A stretch of DNA of 64,000 nt from Phoronis australis (taxonomy: Eukaryota > Animalia > Phoronida): contig NMRA01000186.1 of the NCBI GenBank assembly GCA_002633005.1, positions 227,479-291,478 on the forward strand, read 5' to 3'. The position numbers and the translations under genes were made by a program. This document shows positions 13,101 through 22,100 of this stretch, piece after piece. Numbering within the stretch: position 1 is the first letter of the stretch; each line of letters begins with the position of its first letter. Under the pieces are notes generated by a model that was not told the DNA's origin, did no database searches, and was given only the letters and a program-made list of their open reading frames with translations.

Positions 13101-16100
13101 GAATCGACGACCTGTCGTTGGCTATTTTGCCGACCAGTCGGCTAATTTTTAGCCCAGCAATGCGCTGCAATGCGGACTGATAAGGCGACCCCCAAGCCGG
13201 CTACACTGCCAACCTTGATTGCCGACTGGCCATCAACGAGGTCAGCTGAAATTACTATGCCAGAGTATCAGTTGCATAATAGGTTGTCAATGCCACATTG
13301 CACTCTGTAATAAAAAGAACTGCAGAAAATGTTAGCCTAGGCGACACAGCAAATTATTCAATATCTAAACAAACCAAAAGTTTGGATATTGGCTGGGTTT
13401 TGCTGTTGAAAATGGGTCAAAAAGGCTAACAAAATGTAGTATACGTGACCCCATGTAGAATTCAGTAATACAGATGGTGATTGCAAAATGAAATTATTGC
13501 CTTTTAAATAACAACATGGTGCTTATTATAATCAAAGAAAAATAAATGGCCTTACAACATTATGTTACCATGTGATGCAGAAACAGTGAAGATGTAGTGT
13601 ACGCACCCCTTTTGTAGTGTACGTACTCCCATGTTAACAAATGCCATGAAATTAACATTATCACTTGGTAAGTGAGCAATAGTGGTCATACAGTTTGTTT
13701 CCTTAAAAATGTTAGGTTAAAAGAGTGTTTATTGCAAATACGTTTGTTTTGAGTGAAATATTAGCATTTGTGTGGTGTACGTACTCGACCTATATTTTAA
13801 TCTGCGCCTATTTTCAAACTATGACAGATATGCACATGAATGCTGTGCTTTTTATTTTTTCTCTTTGAATTGATTTAGTAAATCAACTAACTCTCAGTAG
13901 ATTCTTAGTATTTAGTTACAAATCTAGCATGTCATTGAAATGTAGTGTACGTACCCCTGTGTAGTGTACGTACCCCGACGTGAACAAATACTATGAAACA
14001 AAAAATATTACATGGTGAGTAAGCAACACTTGTCACAGACAGTTTCCTCCATTAAAAATGCTAGGTTAAAAGGATGTTAATTACAAATGCATTTGTGTTG
14101 AGTGAAATATTAGTATTTGTGTAGTGTAAGTACCTCTACATCTTAACATGAGCTTGTTTTCAAAGAATGACAGAAGATATGCACATGTATGGTGTACTTT
14201 TCATTTGTTCTCTTTGAATAGATTTGGTAAATGAACTAACTCTCAGTAGATTCTAAGTATTTTTTACAAACCTGACAAGTCATTGAAATGTAGTGTACGT
14301 ACCACTGTGTTTTGTACGTACCTCCAACCTCTGTGCCATAAAATATTGCCCACAAGTATTTTTACATACTGCTGTTCTCATGAACAATTAACTGATATTT
14401 TCAAAATGCATCCAGTCTGACAAAATAAAACAATGGACATTACCAAATTTGTGGGCAATAAAATGCCACACAGGCTTGTAACATCTTAGAAGACAGGTTA
14501 TGGGACAACTGATGTTGCTGAGGCAGGTTCTCTATCTCTCAAGAGAACCATCTCATACATTTGTAAGTTAGTCAAAATTTGACGTTGATTGACTGTGCGT
14601 AGTGTACCTACCCCCCAACCCGTACCATTTTTTGCAGTTTATAAGTTGAACACTGGGTGTAGCATTGCGTTCTGTTTTGACCAACTGCTGAATGTATTGG
14701 CAAATAGTATCAATAAAGTTTTTGAACAAAGTAGTTAGCACAACTTGATCAGGACGGTAATAACTTTTCTTACTTTCAATTTGATCAAGAACTTATTAAA
14801 TTAGCAGCTACCTTATGAATTTTGCATGATAGAAGTGGGCTGTGACAAGTTGTAGTGTACATATCCTTTCGCATTGGGCCATAAAAATTTATTCGGTGGT
14901 TCTTGTGCAAAAGTATTTTAGATTACAAACCTGGAATGATGGTACTTTAAAATAATCCAGCTTTTACAGTTATATGACAACCATCATTTTTCACCAAAAG
15001 TGGCCGCACCCAATATGGACCTTGATTGTGATTTCCCCGATTATTTTCACTTTCTGACACAAATACGACGGAGTTCTAACACAGTGTTTTAAAAATCCAC
15101 TCTTTAAGACAATTTTAATTATGCATTTAGTGCCTATTAAAAATTAATGTCATCATCCTTTTTCATGTATTACAAATTATTGATCACAAATTCACTAAAA
15201 TATTTGTTAAAACATGTTTTTACAAAAACACGGTATTGAGGTCTTGTAAATGATTTGAGATTTGACTTCACTCAGTCAAAACATGATGGTAGCTAAAATT
15301 TATTTTTTGTTTATAAAAAATGTTGATTTTTGCTTTGAATATGCCTCGCTGAGTTTCACAAACGCAATTATTTGTTTGGATTGGACAAGTTTTTGTAACA
15401 AAAAACAGACTGTTTCTGTGTTGTTGTTTTAAAATTCAGCTTCACCCAATTTTATGGAGCCCTAAGCTACATGTGTCACAGCTACCATATAAACTGCAGC
15501 CGGTCATAAGATACAGGAGCACCCACATTAGACATATTGTTCTTTATTTTAAAGATCTTTTGACGTTGTTCCATGACTTAGTCATTCTCTGTGAACATAA
15601 CGGCTTTGTCATTTATCGCGATTCATTGAGAATGAATGATTTGTGGGCTTGTGGAAATACTGATTGTCCTTTCTTATACTGTTTGAGTTTCATTACTCAG
15701 TTAATTTTTTACGTTGATACAAACTGAGAGAGAATTCTACGTTGAATTCTCGATATTATTGGAAATAAGTAGGGATAGCGAGGACAATATTCGCTAACGA
15801 ATCGCTTAGCGTATCTGTCACCGTGTAAAATTTGCATATTACAATCGGCAAAAAATCACTCAAAAATGCAATAAATATGCATACAAAATATTCTAAAGTA
15901 TGAAATAATATGTTGTTTTACTTATCTGGTAGTAGTTTTTTGTCGCAAAATCCGTTTAATAATATTTTGCACGAGTTTTTTGCAGTGACGTGACCGACTT
16001 TTCAGAGCAAAATGGTGGCTGGTAAAATTGACTGCTATTTGCTTTTCAACTCAGGAGAAGACTAAATTCTCGAATTTTGACGTGAAACTTCGTGAGTTTA

Positions 16101-19100
16101 TAGAACGAGGCTTTGCGCATTTGATTATGTAAGTAGTTTTCACTTTCTTGCACTTAAAAGTTGAAAAAGTTGCCTGTTCCCGCGACCTTCAACTTCGATC
16201 TGAATTCATTGGTATACATCCTAATTTGCGCACATAATGAATTGTATTGGGCACTAAAGGGCTTATTAATGAACTATTTCAAACACTTGTTGCAAAGGGG
16301 CACTTCGTCGATTTCTGACAATCTGGCTTATTTCTGACTCACTTCGTAGTTCCGGGTACTGCCGTTAGGGGTCCTGCGAATCGCGTTGAATGTTTGGCTC
16401 ATACACTGACGCACTTCAACTTTTCCTGATGAAAACTAAATGCAAACGAGAACTAAAAAGTAATTTCTCGTTTTGAGAACAATATTTAGGGTTTTTTTTT
16501 CTATTTTGCCTCACATTTTTGGTCAGGCCACTGAGACTTGGCCTTGGTCTTGGGTTGGCTTGCTGCCAGACCGGGCCACACCCATACTTTGCCTTCTTGG
16601 CCAAGACACTTTTAGCCAGAATATGTCAATATGGAATATGAAAACATTTTAATTTTATGGTAAACAAATATTACAACTGTACAGTAATGCATTAGCCCTG
16701 TGTTTTCAAGACTTTGTGATCCAGTACCACAACAATATAGTACATGCTTAATTTTTATAAACTTTTTTCTGACCAAGAAGTTTTTTAACAAAACAATCAG
16801 GGTTTGCCTAGATTGTTCATATATCTCACCCTTGCCTATATCTTCCAGATAAGCTTGTTGGAAGTCGCTGTGGATCAAACTAGTCGTTATTTTCTTAGTT
16901 ATTTTTGTTCTTATAATTTCATATTTATCAGTTTACATCATGTCTCGCATTAATTCCGTCTCATCAGACTCTGCTTCTAGCTCTTGGTCTAGATCCTTCT
17001 TCTTTCCTACTTCTACTGATACTACTTGCATTTTATCAGTTAATTCAGTTGGTTCTAGCCTCTCTCGATCTTCATCTTACATATTTGGAAAGGCAGGATC
17101 GTATTCGGGTGTGGGTTATCTGAGACCAAAGGCGGTCAGTGATGCAGACAGGCATACATGTGTCACGGACTTGGATGATCTCATGGACACACGGTCTGAG
17201 CCTCCTTCTCTTTGGCTCTCCCCTCCACCCATCAGGCGATGCTTTTCAGCTCCTGATGCTGTTGGGGAGTCTGTGAAGAAGTACCGTATGCCACCACCAC
17301 CACCCAAGACACTGCCAAACAAATATCGTGCTGCGTTTATGTCAGAACAGTGTATACCCAGTACCTCTGACTCTAAGTGACTTATTATTAACATCACCCC
17401 CAGATGATGTAGTATTTAATTAAAACTTTAATTGTGAACAGCTAAGTCAATAAGAAAGTTATTTTATTTGTTATAAGTTCTCTTTCCTTCAGTTTGCTTC
17501 CTTTCATTTTCTTCCACTTATCCTTAACTATTGACTTTATTTCTTTTGTTCATGAAGGAGTTTGCCTGCACCTCAAGGGTAATTTTTAATAAATTTTTAA
17601 CCTGAGTATTTTTGAATAGACTGGTTATTTCTTGACTACAATTATTTCTTGTTATCCATCAGTGAGTTTGCTAGCACTAGTGCCTGTCTTAAAGCCAATT
17701 AAATAGTTTAAATTTCAGTCTCTACTGAAGTGCCACTGTTGCTGTCAATGTCCATTTAATATTTTTTTCAGATTCCATGTTGGCAGTGATGATGGTGTTA
17801 TATGCTGTTTATTGTTATTTACTATGGTGAGTAATTTCCCAAGTGTCATCACTAGTGGCGTATCTAAGATGTGGCAGCTGGGGACCAACCACAAATTCAA
17901 TGACAATTTTGGATAGCAAATAAGTGCCTTTCGCTAAAAAAATAACATACCAGGTACATTGCTCATTTGTTGTCCATAGTGGGGGGAGGTGGGGGGCAAG
18001 CTCTTTGACCCACCCTTTTGTCCACCTTAGGTTATTGGTTGAATTAATTTATTTCCACTTTCAATGTTCTGTAGTAAACATTTAAACTATGGTTGCTGCT
18101 AAATTTTGATGTAGATATAATTTTATTTCAGATTCCATGTTGATGTTGATGTCTTTGTTGCACTGTGACAGTGTTTATTATTTACTATGGTGAGTAACTT
18201 GCTAAGACTTTCATAATGATTAACATGCATTTCATTCCCCTACTTCAATGATCTGAGGTAAGCAATAATACTGAATTCCAGATTGCTCTGGTAAGTAAAT
18301 TACTGGCACTTTCATCACAGTTTATGTTGCCTTCAGTGTTCTGAGATAAACATTAATAAGTATGTTATTCTATTTCCAGATTCCTCAATGTGAACCAAGA
18401 CTACCGTTATAGTGTTGTAATTTCCAGATTGCTCACTGTGAACCAATACTACCCTTGGTGTTGTGGTGAGTTTGCTACTGCTTTGGTTGGCTCTTAATTT
18501 AGCCTAACGCTTTCATGCTTTTCCTGTTTTAACACATAACAATGGCTGTCTAATATGCTTTTGTTGGTCTTTAGGTGTCTGTTCTCTGCTCTTTTGTGGT
18601 GTGTTTGTTTATTAACACTATATTTTCATGTGCTGCTTAACTTGTTAACGCTATGCTTAACAATCTTGCTTTCGTCGTTTTTTGTTCCTTTGTGGTGTCT
18701 TTTTCTGCTTCTTGCACTGCTTCTTATTTCTTGCAGCTAGCCCTTAACCATGAAAGTCAAGGACGTACTGGCACTTTACCGAAAGAACAAATTCAATGTA
18801 GCAGATACGGTTAATGCTATTGCTCGTAAACATGACAATGTGAACAAAGAAGAGCTTGCTGCAAATGTAAAGGATGTTTACAGAACATTTACAAAGCTGA
18901 ACAAGAGTTCCAGGCGTAAAAAAGGTCTTGCGAATCTGACAGAGTTGAGCAAAAAAGACTTTCACATTCCAAAACACCCTCAGTCTCCTCGTCAGATGAC
19001 TCCACAGCCATCAACGTCACAGCAGTCAACCCCTCAGCCATCAAGGTCTAGGAGTGGCTCCCGGACACCCACACTGTCTCGTTACGTCTCTCCAAAGTCA

Positions 19101-22100
19101 TCTGGTACCTCAACGCCACGTACATCTCGGCAATCCTCCCGTTCCCCATCATCATCTGGTCGCTCTACGCCATCATCGCGTCTCTCAACTTTGCAGCCAT
19201 CAGAACTTCAGCGTGTAATTGAGGATCTGGCACGGGAACTTCATGAAACTAAAAGAAAAGTTCAAGAACATGAAACTGAAACACCAAAGTCGTTCAAAGT
19301 GAAGTACTACCAAAAAGCCAGAGAAGTTAAGCACTTGAAAAGTCAGGCACAACGTAATCGTCAGAAGCTGAAACGAAAATCAAGTCAAGTGCAGTATTTG
19401 AATGAAAGGGAGAAAAAAATTCGCAGAAAGATTAAGAAGCAGAAAGAAAAAACAGAGAAGTTGTTAGAGGACAATAACAAAGCACTTGAAGCAATGCAAC
19501 AAGAACTGGATGAGAGCAAACAGGAGATTGAATGGATAACTGAAGTAGCCAATAACCAGGGTACCAACATAGTCACCACCAAAACCGGGAGACAGTTCAG
19601 CACTCAAATGAATGAATATGTATTTAGTTTGTTGCAGGAAAATGTATCATCTGGAAACATCCCTCATGTGATCTCATCTGTCTTAAAGTTAGCTGGCTTG
19701 GAAGCATCTCATCTCCCCAGCAAGTCGACCATTAACAACTGGAATGTCATGCGTCTACTGTTATCACAGTCACAGCTTGCTGAGGTTGTTGAGTCTGATG
19801 GATCTTTTCCTCTCGGCCTGCTTTCAGATGAAACATCAAAGTTCGGCAAGAAGTACCAAGGGTTTCACATCAGTGATGTCGCTGGTGACATGTACACTCT
19901 TGGTCTTCGCCAGCTCGTCACCAAGTCATCCCAAGACGCACTTCAAGTATTTCAAGAAATTTTGGCGGACATTGAAACAGCATCAGTCTCATCATCATCA
20001 CAAACATCAAAGAAACTTTTGCTTAACATCACTGCTACCATGTCTGACAGAGCTGCAACACAAATGAAATTCAACGAACTACTGTCTGAATACCGTAGAG
20101 ACATTCTCCCACAAATGATTGCAAATTTTGAGACTCTCAACGAAAATGAACAGCTGGCTGTCAGCCAAATTTCCAATTTCTTCTGTGGTTTGCACTCACT
20201 AGTTCACATGGCAGAGGCTGCATCCTCATCTTTACTTGAAATTCAAAAAGGCTTCTTTGACGACTCACTTCCCATTTTCAACTCATCTTACTTGAGGTCA
20301 TCCGAATCTGGCACATCACGGCTCATTCGTACAGCATCAAAGGCCATCGCAAGAGGAGCTGACGAGAAGAATGGTTGTCATTATGAGTTTACTGTCTTCG
20401 TTCAAGAGTTTCTGACTAACCATGGCTTTCGGTCTTTACCAATAGAACCATATCGTGGCAACCGTTTCAATATCCTATTTTCCAATGCAGCTGCACTATT
20501 CTTCCTTTCTGGACATCTCAAAAATTATCTCTCTGCCAATGACTCAAACGGACTTCTTCAAGCGGTCAAGTTTGACCTTGATATTCCGGAGTATCTAGCA
20601 GGCTGCAAAGCTCTTGGACTCATCTGCCATCTTATCACCTCTCCCCTCTGGACCATCATTGAAGATAAACAAATCCACATTCTAGATGTCTCGACATACT
20701 ATCACGAAGTGCTGAATTTCATCAACCAGTGTAACACCAGGGTAGAAGACTTTATGCTGGGAGATTTGGTGCTGTCATTTTGTAGCCAGCGCTCACTAGA
20801 GACCAGCCCTATCTTCGCTAGCCTAGTAACACCATGGGAACATGATGACAAGGTTCAGGTGATATTAGGTTGTATGTTGCCAGCCTTGTCTGCAGTTGTG
20901 CAGTGATTGTTTTCGGACCACCTTCAAGGCGGGAAGTGGAACACACTGCTTGAGGATGAAGTCGAAGACCTCAGGAGGAAGACAGTCGGTCTACCCAAGC
21001 ACAACAAATATTCAGAATCTGTGTTTGGTCATTTTGACCGAATTCTGAGGGAAATGCCGGCTGTTAGTACCCTGTGCGCAGAAAGCTACATTATGTATTG
21101 TCACAACAAGACCCACCAGTGGTTGCACTCCAAGTCTGATGCTGAGAAAACAAAACTCCTTGATAGAGCTAGAAGCAGGGTGAGGGCAACAAGGCAGCTA
21201 TTTAAGAGGAGGGAGAATGAGATTAGAAGGAGAAGAGAGATTATGGAAGAGAGAGAGAGAAAGAAAGAGGAGACAAGAGCAAAGAAGCTACGTCAGCTGG
21301 AGGAATTCACTAGTGAGATGATTGTTTGGGGACTGTGGCAGACAGAAGAAGAGGTAGAAACACGCCTGAAAAGATTGAAAACTATCAAAAACAAGGCCAG
21401 TGCTTTGAAAGCCCAGTTGAACTTTCGAAAACATGTATTGAATCAGCCTGCTGACCCCGCAACGTATCGATTTACTAAGCTGGAGAATACACGTCGAGTT
21501 AATTTGTCGCCTGAGGAATTGGCACAGAACGTTAAAACCCTGATACAGCAGTCAAAATCAGCAGCGCAGCCAACATCATCAAATTTCCTGATTGGCAAAA
21601 ATGTTCGACACAAGTTTGATGAAGGTGATGACCAGGTTTGGTATGATGGCTTTGTTATTTCTCAGGTAAGTATGTAACGAGCTTTGGCAGTGCTTATTAA
21701 CAAAATCACAGCATCTGAAGAGCAACATGCTTTTTCATGTACTGTAACCTACCTAGCTATTTCTTTTTTCTTTTCACAACCTTTTTGTTTAATAATATTA
21801 TGTCGCCTTTTGTTTGTTAAAATGTTGTGCATAATTTCAAGTAGTGGTAACATTTTCGCATAACAGTGTTCAAATAATGCTTGTTTGTCTCAGCAACAAA
21901 TCATTTATGAATCATAGTATTCTTTCAGGTCCCCGGATATCCATCCTGGTTTAACATCCATTATGACGAAGATGAGGCTGTGTACACCTTTCGGCTGATG
22001 GACGACTTCAGTCAAGGAGATCTCGAAGTGCTAGAATAACTCCGTGTTGTAAATAGGTACTCCACTGACTTACAATAGTCTGTGAAAGGGTTTGGCCTCC

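Noticed and set aside
13338-13375. TAGGCGACACAGCA as the left TIR of the large transposon
   Set aside because: Poorer match to the right end and no TSD; 15776 has both a better TIR match and the GTAGGGA duplication
20904-20906. Selenocysteine or programmed readthrough at the in-frame TGA
   Set aside because: No SECIS recognised, and the context is TGA-TTG rather than a known leaky context; CpG decay is simpler
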